This document shows positions 36,892 to 46,449 of a stretch of DNA of 61,671 bases, one piece after another. Below the pieces are notes generated by a model. That model was given only the letters and a program-made list of their open reading frames with translations, had not been told where the DNA came from and did no database searches. Position numbers and translations under genes: made by a program. Position 1 is the stretch's first letter, and the number at the start of each line of letters is the position of its first letter. This DNA is from an uncultured Opitutaceae bacterium (lineage in GTDB: Bacteria; Verrucomicrobiota; Verrucomicrobiia; Opitutales; Opitutaceae). The stretch covers positions 1 through 61,671 of the forward strand of contig CAZXHR010000002.1 of NCBI GenBank assembly GCA_964640465.1, read 5' to 3'.

Positions 36892-37881
36892 ATGTCCACT
36901 CCCAAGATCCAATCCCGTCTCGGGCGCGGCCTCGGCGCCTTGATCGCGTCCGGAGCTGGCGCTGCGAAGAAGAACGAAACGCCGGTCGCTGCGCCCGCGA
37001 AACCCGCTGCTCCGACCGCACCTGCCGCCTCGCCGGTGGCCCCGGCGGCCCCGACTGCGTTGCCCAAGCCCGACGGTTACGCCGAGATTCCAGTCGCGTC
37101 GATCGAGCCCAACCCGCACCAGCCTCGCAAGTCGATCGAACCGGCAGCGCTGGCGGAACTGGCCGAGAGCATCCGCGCCGAGGGGCTGATGCAGCCCATT
37201 GTTGTGCGGAAGGTGGGGGAGAAATACCAGCTCGTCTCCGGCGAGCGCCGTTGGCGCGCACACCAGCTTCTCAAGGCCAAGACCATTGCGGCGAAAATCG
37301 TCGCCGCCAACGACGCCTCCTCGGCGGCGATGGCCCTCATCGAGAACCTCCAGCGCGAGGATCTCAACCCGATGGACGAGGCCTTCGGCTACGCGCGCCT
37401 GATGAAGGAGTTCGGGCTCACGCAGGAGCTCGCCGCCGAGCGCGTGGGCAAGGCGCGCGCCTCAGTTGCCAACGCGTTGCGGCTGCTCCAGCTCGATCCC
37501 GAGACCCAGGGCTACATCTCGAAAGGCCTGCTCAGCGTCGGCCATGCGAAGGTTCTGCTCGGTCTTGAAAACGCCGCCGAGCGGCAGCTACTTGCCCGCC
37601 GTACCATCGAGGAAGGCGTGAGCGTGCGCGTGCTCGAACAGCTCGTGCAGCGCCACCGCGCCGCGGCCGCTGCGCCCAGCGCTTCCGCTGGCGAAAACGG
37701 TGGCCGCGTCGTGCCCGCCGCCGAGGCCACGGCTGTGGCGAACATCGAGAAGAAGCTCACCTCCCACTTCAACGCCCGCGTCTCGCTCAAGCATTCGCCC
37801 AAGAAGGGCAAGATTGTCATCGAGTATCAGGGTAACACCGACCTTCAGCGCATCCTCGACCGCCTCGGCATCAGTGTGTGA
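36892..37881 (+). CDS. parB: ParB/Spo0J chromosome partitioning protein
   Basis: GLGRGLGALI box, then SIEPNPHQPRK...LAESIRAEGLMQPIVV...GERRWRA. Confidence 0.9.
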   Translation: MSTPKIQSRLGRGLGALIASGAGAAKKNETPVAAPAKPAAPTAPAASPVAPAAPTALPKPDGYAEIPVASIEPNPHQPRKSIEPAALAELAESIRAEGLMQPIVVRKVGEKYQLVSGERRWRAHQLLKAKTIAAKIVAANDASSAAMALIENLQREDLNPMDEAFGYARLMKEFGLTQELAAERVGKARASVANALRLLQLDPETQGYISKGLLSVGHAKVLLGLENAAERQLLARRTIEEGVSVRVLEQLVQRHRAAAAAPSASAGENGGRVVPAAEATAVANIEKKLTSHFNARVSLKHSPKKGKIVIEYQGNTDLQRILDRLGISV

Positions 37882-38016
37882 GGGTGTGGGTGGGGCGGCT
37901 CTGGCGGAAGCTGGGCTCCGTGTATTCCCTGCGGCCGTGGCCGGTGACAGTGAAGCCGGTCTCCGGCCGCGACCTGCCTTGACAAAGTTTGGCGGGCTCG
38001 GTTGCCTCGCCACTTC

Positions 38017-38379
38017 ATGACCATTTTGAACGTTGTTCTGATCTTCCTGCTTGTCCTCGTTTCGCTGTTTCTGGGGCTGCTCGTGCTGGTGCAGAAGCCT
38101 CGTTCCGACAGTGGTCTGGGCACGGCGATGGGCGGCGGTGTGGCCGAGGCCACCTTCGGTGCCGAGACAGGCAACGTGCTGACTCGTTCGACGATCGTGT
38201 TGGCGGTCGCGTTCTTCGTCCTCGGCTTCGGCGCCTACCTCGGGCAGATCTATGTGGCGAAGCACAAGGACAAGTCGAACGACGCCTTGCCCACGGTCCC
38301 CGCTGCTACCGCGCCTGCCACCCCGGCAGCTGTCCCCGCGGCGCCCCCGGCTCCCGCCACTCCGGCCCCCCAGTCCTGA
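38017..38379 (+). CDS. secG: preprotein translocase subunit SecG
   Basis: MTILNVVLIFLLVLVSLFLGLLVLVQK...GLG...FGA, followed by a second TM segment and a Pro/Ala-rich tail. Confidence 0.75.
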   Translation: MTILNVVLIFLLVLVSLFLGLLVLVQKPRSDSGLGTAMGGGVAEATFGAETGNVLTRSTIVLAVAFFVLGFGAYLGQIYVAKHKDKSNDALPTVPAATAPATPAAVPAAPPAPATPAPQS

Positions 38380-38399
38380 GGCTGCAGTTCCTTCTTTCC

Positions 38400-39266
38400 A
38401 TGAACGCGAGGCTCATTGGCCGGTGCACGGTCTGTGGTCTCGCGTTTTTTTTGGCATTCTCGGCGGCGGCCCAGAGCCGAGTCCGGCCTGAGCCCAGGTA
38501 TGCATTTACCGGTTCTGCGGATCAGGCCGAAGGGCGTCGTATCTTGGCGGAGTTCCGCCGGCTCGGACTGGCGGGCGACTACGCCTTGGCTTTTTCATTG
38601 CGTGTGATGCCACGGCGGGGCGAGGAGCGTCTTGTCGCCGGCCACTTGTATGGCACTCGCAACGAAGTGGGGCCACTTACCCTAGTCGAGTTTCCCGTTG
38701 GCACGGAGGGCGCCCGCCGCGTGCTAGTCCAGAACGGCCCGCAGTCGAGCGTCTGGACGGTGCCGACCGACAATGTCGATGCCGTGGCCGTTGGAGCCGA
38801 ACAGCTTTTCACGCCGCTGGCGGGGACCGATCTGACTGCTTTCGACCTGCAGATGCCGTTCCTCTTCTGGGAGGATTGCGTCTTCGAAGGGGTGGTGAGT
38901 GTACGCGGTCGGCCGGCGCATCGGTTTCTCGCCTATCCGCCAGCCTCGATCGCTGCTGTGCGCCCGGCTTTGGTGGGCGTGCGGTTCTATCTCGATACCC
39001 AGTATTCGGCGCTGGTGCAGGCCGAGGAAATCGGACCGGACCAGGCCCCGCTGAAGACCATCAGCGTGCTGGACCTGCAGCGTACGCTGGACCAGTGGAT
39101 CGTGCGCACGATCGACCTGCGCGACGAGGTGACGCGCAACAAGACGCGATTTCGTGTCGATGCCGCCGCGCTTGGGCTGAGCCTGCCGCGCATCGTGTTC
39201 GCTCCGTCGCATCTGCCAGTGCCGCCGGAACTGGACGGCTCCCTCAAGTACGAGGAATTCAAGTAG
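38400..39266 (+). CDS. hypothetical secreted protein
   Basis: 288 aa from the ATG at 38400, with a signal peptide (GLAFFLAFSAAAQS). No family was recognised. Confidence 0.55.
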   Translation: MNARLIGRCTVCGLAFFLAFSAAAQSRVRPEPRYAFTGSADQAEGRRILAEFRRLGLAGDYALAFSLRVMPRRGEERLVAGHLYGTRNEVGPLTLVEFPVGTEGARRVLVQNGPQSSVWTVPTDNVDAVAVGAEQLFTPLAGTDLTAFDLQMPFLFWEDCVFEGVVSVRGRPAHRFLAYPPASIAAVRPALVGVRFYLDTQYSALVQAEEIGPDQAPLKTISVLDLQRTLDQWIVRTIDLRDEVTRNKTRFRVDAAALGLSLPRIVFAPSHLPVPPELDGSLKYEEFK

Positions 39267-39555
39267 CGGTGGCGCGTTTCGCGGGCGTTTTTCGCCCGGT
39301 TGCACGGTTTCCTCCCGATCGGCGCTCCTGTGTGTCCCGCGCTTCGGGGCCTCGCGTATGCGACAGCCGGTGAGGCCGCCCCGGTCGGGGAGAAGTGGGG
39401 ATTTCCCACTAGGAAACCCGGGACGGGGCGAGGATCGACGGTATCGAAAAAGAGCCGATGCGAAAAAAACTTGTTGCCGTCGAATACGTTTCGGAAAAGT
39501 TACGTAATCTGACCCGCAACTGCGATACATCCAACACCGTTAACCGAATACTGAT

Positions 39556-39879
39556 ATGCCCTCCGCTCAAGAAAGTTCACCTCTCACATTCGATCTCAAG
39601 GAAGAGCTCCTCGCCAAGATTGAGGCCGCCCGCGAGAACCTCGACCTGGCTACCAACAGCGAGGTTATCCGCCATGCGATCGAAGAGTTCGACTTCGCTT
39701 CCTATTCCGCTCCGGTGAAGGCGCATCGCCAGATTTCCGTGCGTCTTCGCATGGACAGCAAGCAGCGCCTCGTGAAGCTCGCCAAGAAGCACGACGTCAG
39801 CGTCGGCGAGCTCCTCCGTACTGCGATCGACGCCCTCCCGGTCAAGGCCTCCAAGGCCGCCAAGAAGGCCAAGAAATAA
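39556..39879 (+). CDS. tandem ribbon-helix-helix (CopG-like) protein
   Basis: Two RHH-like units (LTFDLKEELLAKIEAA...NSEVIRHAIEEF and ISVRLRMDSKQRLVKLAKKHDVSVGELLRTAIDAL) and a Lys-rich tail. Confidence 0.55.
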   Translation: MPSAQESSPLTFDLKEELLAKIEAARENLDLATNSEVIRHAIEEFDFASYSAPVKAHRQISVRLRMDSKQRLVKLAKKHDVSVGELLRTAIDALPVKASKAAKKAKK

Positions 39880-39901
39880 GGAAGTTCACATTTGAACCCA
39901 G

Positions 39902-39931
39902 AACCCCGGGCTTAGCGGCTCGGGGTTTTTT
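39902..39931 (+). terminator. rho-independent terminator
   Basis: AACCCCG...CGGGGTT stem followed by TTTTTT. Confidence 0.6.
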
Positions 39932-40035
39932 CGTGTGCATTGTGCCGGACGGCGCGCACGGGTGGGGCGGATCGTCGCTTCGACGATAACCCGGCTTGCT
40001 TCGCCACGAACGCCCCCACAGCCTGCGCAACTGCC

Positions 40036-41229
40036 ATGACCCAAAACCGCCGTTCCCTGTCTCCCTGGGCCAAGAACATCTCCCCGTCGCCGACTCTGGC
40101 GGTGGATGCCAAGGCCAAAGCCCTCAAAGCCGCCGGTGTCGATGTCTGCGGCTTTGCTGCCGGTGAACCCGATTTCGATACTCCCGATTTCATCAAGGAG
40201 GCCTGCGCCAAGGCCCTTGCTGCGGGAAAAACCAAATATGCGCCCGCCGCCGGTATCGACGAGCTGCGCGCCGCCATCGCCGAGCGCTACGCCAACGACT
40301 ACGGCTTCCAGGTGAAGCCTGCGCAGACGTGCGTGAGCCCTGGTGGCAAGTACTCCTGCTACCTCGCCATCATGGCGACTGTCGGCCCCGGCGACGAGGT
40401 CATCGTCCCCGCGCCGTATTGGGTCAGCTATCCCGAGATGGTGAAGCTCGCCGGCGCCACCCCCGTGATCGTGGCCGCCTCGGCCGCCAACGGCTTCAAG
40501 CTCACCGCCGCCCAGCTCGAGTCCGCGATCACCCCGCGCACCAAGCTCGTCATCCTCAACAGCCCCTCGAATCCCACCGGCGCGGTCTACACCAAGGCCG
40601 AGCTGGAGGCGTTTGTCGGTGTCGTGCTCAAGCACGGCCTCTACCTGATGTCCGACGAGATGTACGAGCATCTCACCTATGACGGCCAAAAGCACTTCTG
40701 CGCCGCCACCATCCTGCCCGAGGCCGCCGCGGCGACGATCGTCGTTTCCGGCTTTAGCAAGAGCTACTCGATGACCGGCTGGCGCCTCGGTACCCTCGTT
40801 GCCCCGCCGGATGTCGCCAAGGCCGCCATCGACATCCAGAGCCAGACTTCGTCCAACGCCACCACCTTTGCCCAGTACGGCGCGCTTGCCGCGCTCAAGG
40901 AGAAGGACAAGGCCGCTGCCGCGATGAAGCCGATGCTCGAAGCCTTCGACCGCCGTCGCCGTTTCCTGCACGCCGAGCTCAACAAGATCCCCGGCATCAC
41001 CTGCGGGCTTTCCCAAGGCGCATTCTATCTCTTCCCGACGATCTCGTCGTTTGGGATGAGCTCGACCGAGTTCTGCGCGAAGCTGCTGGATCAGGAGAAG
41101 GTCGCCGCCGTCCCTGGCATCGCCTTCGGCGACGACACCTGCCTGCGTCTCAGCTACGCCACCGGCGACAAGATCATCGCCGAGGGCGTGCGCCGCCTCG
41201 GCGTGTTCTGCGCCTCGCTCAAGCGCTGA
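40036..41229 (+). CDS. class I PLP aminotransferase (aspartate aminotransferase type)
   Basis: 397 aa from the ATG at 40036, with [16 protein letters not shown] and [15 protein letters not shown] (PLP lysine). Confidence 0.85.
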   Translation: MTQNRRSLSPWAKNISPSPTLAVDAKAKALKAAGVDVCGFAAGEPDFDTPDFIKEACAKALAAGKTKYAPAAGIDELRAAIAERYANDYGFQVKPAQTCVSPGGKYSCYLAIMATVGPGDEVIVPAPYWVSYPEMVKLAGATPVIVAASAANGFKLTAAQLESAITPRTKLVILNSPSNPTGAVYTKAELEAFVGVVLKHGLYLMSDEMYEHLTYDGQKHFCAATILPEAAAATIVVSGFSKSYSMTGWRLGTLVAPPDVAKAAIDIQSQTSSNATTFAQYGALAALKEKDKAAAAMKPMLEAFDRRRRFLHAELNKIPGITCGLSQGAFYLFPTISSFGMSSTEFCAKLLDQEKVAAVPGIAFGDDTCLRLSYATGDKIIAEGVRRLGVFCASLKR

Positions 41230-41251
41230 GCGACCGGCAATCCACTCTGCG

Positions 41252-41280
41252 AGGCCGCGGGTACGCCCGCGGCCTTTTTG
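41252..41280 (+). terminator. rho-independent terminator
   Basis: AGGCCGCGGG-TACG-CCCGCGGCCT followed by TTTTTG. Confidence 0.8.
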
Positions 41281-41377
41281 TTGTCGCAGGGTTCACGTTG
41301 ACTCTGAAACTCGTTGTTCCCGCTTCCCCCGGTGCGGCAGGCTGAAACAACTCCATCCAATCCCTACACTCCCATCC

Positions 41378-42895
41378 ATGAGTCTCTTCATTGGCATCGA
41401 TAGCGGCACACAGAGCACGAAGGCCATCGTCCTCGATCTCGAAACCGGCAAGGTCGTCGCCGAGGCGCGCGCGTCCTACCAGCTCATCCCGAACCTCCCG
41501 GTCGGGCACATGGAGCAGCATCCCTCCGCCTGGACCGAGGCGTTGGACAAGGTGATCCTCTCCGTCCTCGAAAAAGTCGACCGCTCGGCCGTTGCCGGCA
41601 TCGGCGTATCCGGCCAGCAGCACGGCTTCGTGCCTCTCGACGAGGCCGGCGAGGTCATCCGCCCGGCCAAGCTCTGGTGCGACACCTCCACGGTGCCCGA
41701 GTGCGAGGCGATCATGAAGAAGCTCGGCGGGCCGAAGGCCACGCTGAAGAAGACCGGCAACCTCGTGCTCGCGGGTTTCACCGCGGGTAAGATCGCCTGG
41801 CTGAAGAAGAAGGAGCCAGCCAACTACCGTCGCCTCCGCCACGTGCTCCTCCCTCACGACTACCTCAATTTCCACCTCACCGGCCAGTACTTCATGGAGT
41901 TCGGCGACGCCTCCGGCACGGCCCTCATGGATGTCCGCAAGGCTGCTTGGTCGAAGGCCGCCATCGACGCCATCGATCCGAAGCTCGCGCAGTACCTGCC
42001 GAAGATCTCCCCGTCGCACGCCGCGGCCGGCACACTCCGCCCGGAGATCGCCGAGAGGTACGGCCTGTCGACCTCCGTCGTCGTGAGCGCCGGCGGCGGC
42101 GACAACATGATGGGCGCCATCGGTACTGGTAACGTGGAACCGGGCGTCGTCACCGCCAGCTTCGGCACCTCCGGCACCATCTACGCCTTCAGCAAGAAGC
42201 CGGTCTGCGATCCCGACGGCGAGATCGCCGCCTTCTGCAGCTCCACCGGCGGCTGGCTCCCGCTGCTGTGCACGATGAACGTCACCAGCGTCACCGAGCA
42301 CATGCGCAATCTCTTCGGTTGGGACGTGAAGACCTTCGACGACCAGGTGGCCACCGTGCCCGCTGGCTGCGACGGCCTGCTGCTCCTTCCGTACTATGCC
42401 GGCGAGCGCACGCCGAATGTGCCGACCGGCTCGGGCTCGTTCATCGGCCTCAACGCAAAGACAAACACCCAGGCTCACTTCGCCCGCGCCGCGATGGAAG
42501 GTGCCACGCTCGGTATGAACTACGGCCTGCGCCGTCTCGCCCAGCTCGGCGTGAAGGCGAAGGAAATCCGAATCACCGGCGGCGGCGCTAAGTCGCCAGT
42601 CTGGCGTCAGATGATGGCCGATGTCTTCGGCGTGCCCGTTGTGGCGATGGTTGAGGACGAGGGCGCCGCGCTCGGCGGTGCACTCCAGGCTGCTTGGTGC
42701 GTGGCTCGCCAGTCCAACTCGAAGGCGAAACTCGAGGACATCACCCGCCGTATCGTGGCGCTCGACGAGGCGACCCGTTGCCAGCCCAACAAGGCCAACG
42801 TCGCCATCTACCGCAAGATGCAGGATCTGCACGACCAGCTTAGCCGAGCGCTTCGTCCGTTGTTCCCGGTTCAACGCAAGATCGCCAACAGCTGA
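41378..42895 (+). CDS. xylB: xylulokinase (FGGY family)
   Basis: 505 aa with the N-terminus LFIGIDSGTQSTKAIVLD and the FGGY C-terminal pattern ITGGGAKSPVWRQMMADVFG. Confidence 0.8.
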   Translation: MSLFIGIDSGTQSTKAIVLDLETGKVVAEARASYQLIPNLPVGHMEQHPSAWTEALDKVILSVLEKVDRSAVAGIGVSGQQHGFVPLDEAGEVIRPAKLWCDTSTVPECEAIMKKLGGPKATLKKTGNLVLAGFTAGKIAWLKKKEPANYRRLRHVLLPHDYLNFHLTGQYFMEFGDASGTALMDVRKAAWSKAAIDAIDPKLAQYLPKISPSHAAAGTLRPEIAERYGLSTSVVVSAGGGDNMMGAIGTGNVEPGVVTASFGTSGTIYAFSKKPVCDPDGEIAAFCSSTGGWLPLLCTMNVTSVTEHMRNLFGWDVKTFDDQVATVPAGCDGLLLLPYYAGERTPNVPTGSGSFIGLNAKTNTQAHFARAAMEGATLGMNYGLRRLAQLGVKAKEIRITGGGAKSPVWRQMMADVFGVPVVAMVEDEGAALGGALQAAWCVARQSNSKAKLEDITRRIVALDEATRCQPNKANVAIYRKMQDLHDQLSRALRPLFPVQRKIANS

Positions 42896-42923
42896 TTCAC
42901 GCAGCCCGAAAAGATTGTCCGCA

Positions 42924-42954
42924 CAGCTGGAGGCTTCTGCCCTCCGGCTGTTTT
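42924..42954 (+). terminator. rho-independent terminator
   Basis: CAGCTGGAGG-loop-CCTCCGGCTG followed by TTTTG. Confidence 0.65.
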
Positions 42955-43024
42955 GTCTATTGGCAGGAAAGGCGCGGACAGCGGCGGATGACGCTGGTGC
43001 TACTATCGGCCGGCTATGCTGCCC

Positions 43025-43417
43025 TTAAGCATCGGGAACCTTGGCCCGCTTGAATTCCACTTCGATGGCGGCGATCGAAAGCGTGATCTCGTGCACGCAG
43101 AAGGTGAGGGAGACGATGAAGCAGCCCAGTGAGCTGGCAAAGAGGGCGTCGCCGAGGCGCGGAAAACCGTGGACGATCGCGCCCATCGAGAGGGCCGCGA
43201 GAATGAAGGACGCCAGCCCCAAGAGCTGCATCTTGCGGATGAGGTGAAGGCGGCGGCGGATGTTGATGAGCTGGACCTCCCAGTGGGGCTGGGGGTTGGC
43301 GAGGTGCTCGACGAGCATCTTGCGCGCAACACCCGTAAGTCCGAGAAACCGATTTGTGTACGAGAGGAACAGCAGCGAGATGGCCGGGAAAATCAGCGCA
43401 GGGACGGCGGGATTCAT
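43025..43417 (-). CDS. DUF2721-like membrane protein
   Basis: 130 aa from the ATG at 43417, with three hydrophobic segments. Assigned to the family from memory. Confidence 0.45.
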   Translation of the reverse strand: MNPAVPALIFPAISLLFLSYTNRFLGLTGVARKMLVEHLANPQPHWEVQLINIRRRLHLIRKMQLLGLASFILAALSMGAIVHGFPRLGDALFASSLGCFIVSLTFCVHEITLSIAAIEVEFKRAKVPDA

Positions 43418-43489
43418 GATGGCGTGGATCGATGGAGCAAAAAGGGCGCATCCGCAAATGGATGCGCCCACATTTCATATGCTGTTATC

Positions 43490-45232
43490 CTAGAGCTGTG
43501 CGGTGAATGCGGATGGCATGATCTGCTGCCATCTTGACAGCGTGATACCTGCGCCCACGCCGCCACCACCTCCAGTATTGATATCGTAGAATATATCCAG
43601 ATAGGTGGTGCCAGTCAGATCGACCTTGTCTGCGATCAACTGCCCCCTGAATTGATGGGAGTTATTCTGATCTTGGCAGACGACTGATACCGTTCCGTTA
43701 GGTATCTTCACGATGGCGGCGGCATCCTTCTGGGAGCCGATGTCCATTTTGAATGCCGCGGCTTGGCTGCTTGTGATGAGGAGTCGCTCAGGTTTGTACC
43801 CCACGCCTTTGATGTTGTTTGTCTTGTCGAGATTGTCGTCGTCGCTGATATTGTTATCGGCGTTTGCAAACTTGATGTTATAACTTGAGGAGTCGGCGAG
43901 GACGATCGTCAGTTTCGAAGTGCTGTCGACGAATGAGAGCTTCACGCCATCCCCATTGTTCATATTGGCGCCACCAGTCAGGATCAGCACCGCATCGCCC
44001 TTGACGACGATCTCACCCAAGCCGGCGACATTACCTAACGATGTTACAGTCTTCGTGTTGTCGCCTGCCTTGTAGTTGCTGGGACCGAGTACTGTCTTGG
44101 ATGAATTTGCATTCATCGAATCGAGTTCCTTATTATTGTGGCCGTTGATCGCTTTGGTCGCGGTGTAGTTGCTTGTATCGAAAGTCGTGTAGGCACCGCT
44201 GACCGGATCTTTCAAGAAGCCGGTAAGGCTGAAAAGATCGCTGGGGAATGCATAGTTATACACGACATTGTCACCTAGGCCGCCAGTCCCTTCGCTATCC
44301 ATGTTGAATCCCATGTAGGGGTTTGCGGTGGATGCAGAGTTCGTGTACTTCGCGGCTGCGGCCAGATCGATGACGCTTGCCACGTAAGGGTTCTGCGAGG
44401 GCCATTCGCTGGCGCTCTTGCCTGTCTTGGGGTTGGCGGTCACCGTGAGCGTAGTAGCACTGCCGCCGACAGCAACGGTGCCGTATATTATGCAACCGTA
44501 TAGGGTCGCTTTCCCATTGACGTCTTTTAGCCCGATCGTGGCTGCGTCTCCATAGTTCAGACCGGAAACGGCGCCGGTGGCGAAGTTGACTGTCATATCG
44601 GCTTTGCCATTGTTCTTGGTGCTATCGTACGAGGCGACCAGAAAATGGGCCTTGCGGTTGGGGACATCGAACGGGTTTTCGTTGGCACCGGAACCGAAAT
44701 CTAGTTTGGTTTTAGCGGCCACTGCTGCTCCGCCCTTACCACTGCTCGATGTCGAGTAATCCAGCTCGGTATGAATGGCTCGCTGGGATACAATATCGTT
44801 GCCGCCTTTACCGCCTTTGGCGGTTCCGAGCGAGTAGACCGAGTAGGTTGTTTTGCTGCCGCTCGCGATGCCCGGCTTCACGATGACGGAGCAGGTTCCT
44901 ATGCGGTTGTTGCGCAAGTCGACCGACGGGAAGTAACCTCGGTAGTAGGCTGTCGTCGAGCCGACCACTTTCTTGTACCATACCCCGGACTCGTCGGTTA
45001 CTGTTGTTGGTACGGTTGTGACCGCGCCGGCAATTCCGTTCGCCTTGATGAAGGCCGCAGCTCGGTCGATACCTGATTCGGCCAAGCTGAAGGCTGCAGT
45101 GTCGAAATAGGACTTAAGCGAGCCTCGGTATTCTGTGTGAGCTATGGTCAATAAAGCGGCTACAGCGGTCAGGAAGATGGCCGACAGTAGAATGGCGGTA
45201 AGTAGGGCCGAACCGCGTCTGTTTGTTCTCAT
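43490..45232 (-). CDS. large PilX/GspK-like minor pseudopilin (putative tip protein)
   Basis: 580 aa. N-terminus MRTNRRGSALLTAILLSAIFLTAVAALL is a PilX-N-like hydrophobic anchor without Glu5. The body is Thr/Ser/Gly/Asn-rich, and the gene looks AT-richer. Confidence 0.6.
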   Translation of the reverse strand: MRTNRRGSALLTAILLSAIFLTAVAALLTIAHTEYRGSLKSYFDTAAFSLAESGIDRAAAFIKANGIAGAVTTVPTTVTDESGVWYKKVVGSTTAYYRGYFPSVDLRNNRIGTCSVIVKPGIASGSKTTYSVYSLGTAKGGKGGNDIVSQRAIHTELDYSTSSSGKGGAAVAAKTKLDFGSGANENPFDVPNRKAHFLVASYDSTKNNGKADMTVNFATGAVSGLNYGDAATIGLKDVNGKATLYGCIIYGTVAVGGSATTLTVTANPKTGKSASEWPSQNPYVASVIDLAAAAKYTNSASTANPYMGFNMDSEGTGGLGDNVVYNYAFPSDLFSLTGFLKDPVSGAYTTFDTSNYTATKAINGHNNKELDSMNANSSKTVLGPSNYKAGDNTKTVTSLGNVAGLGEIVVKGDAVLILTGGANMNNGDGVKLSFVDSTSKLTIVLADSSSYNIKFANADNNISDDDNLDKTNNIKGVGYKPERLLITSSQAAAFKMDIGSQKDAAAIVKIPNGTVSVVCQDQNNSHQFRGQLIADKVDLTGTTYLDIFYDINTGGGGGVGAGITLSRWQQIMPSAFTAQL

Positions 45233-45237
45233 AAAGT

Positions 45238-45915
45238 CTATTTTGCTTTATACGATGGGTATCTCAGTTGGACGACAGCCGAGCACGACGGATCGTTTTC
45301 GCCGGGGACAAGAGGGGGCCTCCCCTGTGGTAGAAATGCAAAACGGATTGCGTTGGCATTCGCCTTGTCGGTCGAGCCGAGCGATTCGAGCGTTCCGGTG
45401 TTTGTTTTGCGTGTGTAGAACGTAAAGCAGCCATCCTGCAGATTGCGCAGCACTTTTCGGCTCTTTCCGCCCGAGGTGCGCATCAGCGACATGGATGGCT
45501 TGCCTGTTGCGGTGGTGCCATCGGCGACGACGGAATAGGTGACATCGACGATTCCGGTACCATTGTATTCGTCGATTTTTGCGGTGAATGAGCGGAAGCA
45601 GTTTGTCACCTCGGCGCCGGTATAGTTTGCGAAGATTCTCGCGACTTCCGTCGCGCTCAATGTCGACTCGATCTTTGTGATCTCGGTAATGGAGCGTAGG
45701 TCGTAGAGCAGACGTTCTTGGACAAAGCGCGAACGCCCATTCAGATCGACGGCATCTGAAACCGCATAAGTCGATTTCAATGTCCCAATGAAGACGGACA
45801 TAACGCCGGCCATCGCTACGCCGAAGATGATCATGGCGACGATTACTTCCACGAGGGTGAATGCGGCGTGGTGATGCCGCCGCCGACGGATGTTATGACG
45901 ATAGTAGATATTCAT
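45238..45915 (-). CDS. prepilin-type N-terminal domain protein (PilW/GspJ-like minor pseudopilin)
   Basis: Leader plus AAFTLVEVIVAMIIFG, the class III signal with Glu5. Confidence 0.7.
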   Translation of the reverse strand: MNIYYRHNIRRRRHHHAAFTLVEVIVAMIIFGVAMAGVMSVFIGTLKSTYAVSDAVDLNGRSRFVQERLLYDLRSITEITKIESTLSATEVARIFANYTGAEVTNCFRSFTAKIDEYNGTGIVDVTYSVVADGTTATGKPSMSLMRTSGGKSRKVLRNLQDGCFTFYTRKTNTGTLESLGSTDKANANAIRFAFLPQGRPPLVPGENDPSCSAVVQLRYPSYKAK

Positions 45916-45921
45916 CAGTCC

Positions 45922-46449
45922 TTACTTATTGATAAGCCCTGATGCGGAGATATAGGTGACGACGGTTATCCTTTTGGATTCCAAACCGTCGGCCCATACG
46001 TTCACGACGATTCGCAGAGGATCGCTCGCCAGATCGGTGCAGGTGCGCTCCCATCGATAGGTATAGGCTCCGGCGAGCACTGGTCCTGTGCCTGCGCCGC
46101 TTGGCGTGGTGGGCGGCACCTCGCCACAGGTGGTGTTTGCCTTGGTGCCATCTACGGTGATTCCCATGGACGCATTGCCGGTCTTCAGTTCCGTTTTCAG
46201 TTCCGCGAACGTCATCGAACGCATGCGTTCGACGAGGTCGTTCACTATCGCCGTTTCGCGATAGGTGATCTTGGAGTCTCGGGAAAGGGATGCTGCACGG
46301 ACCATGGAGGAGAGCACTCCACCGAACACGAACACCAGCACGAACATGGCGAGCATGACCTCGATGAGGGTCATGGCACGGCGGAGGCGCGAGCTACCCA
46401 AGGCGAAGCTGTGATATCTTGCGATGCGGGAGTGTTTTGCGAAGAGCAT
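45922..46449 (-). CDS. prepilin-type N-terminal domain protein (PilV/GspI-like minor pseudopilin)
   Basis: Start chosen at the ATG at 46449. Basic leader ...SSRLRRA followed by MTLIEVMLAMFVLVFVFGG. Confidence 0.65.
   Translation of the reverse strand: MLFAKHSRIARYHSFALGSSRLRRAMTLIEVMLAMFVLVFVFGGVLSSMVRAASLSRDSKITYRETAIVNDLVERMRSMTFAELKTELKTGNASMGITVDGTKANTTCGEVPPTTPSGAGTGPVLAGAYTYRWERTCTDLASDPLRIVVNVWADGLESKRITVVTYISASGLINK

Noticed and set aside
37882-38016. A parS site (TGTTTCACGTGAAACA-like) near parB.
   Set aside because: No match to the parS consensus was seen in the flanking spacers. The absence of an adjacent parA was noted but not pursued.
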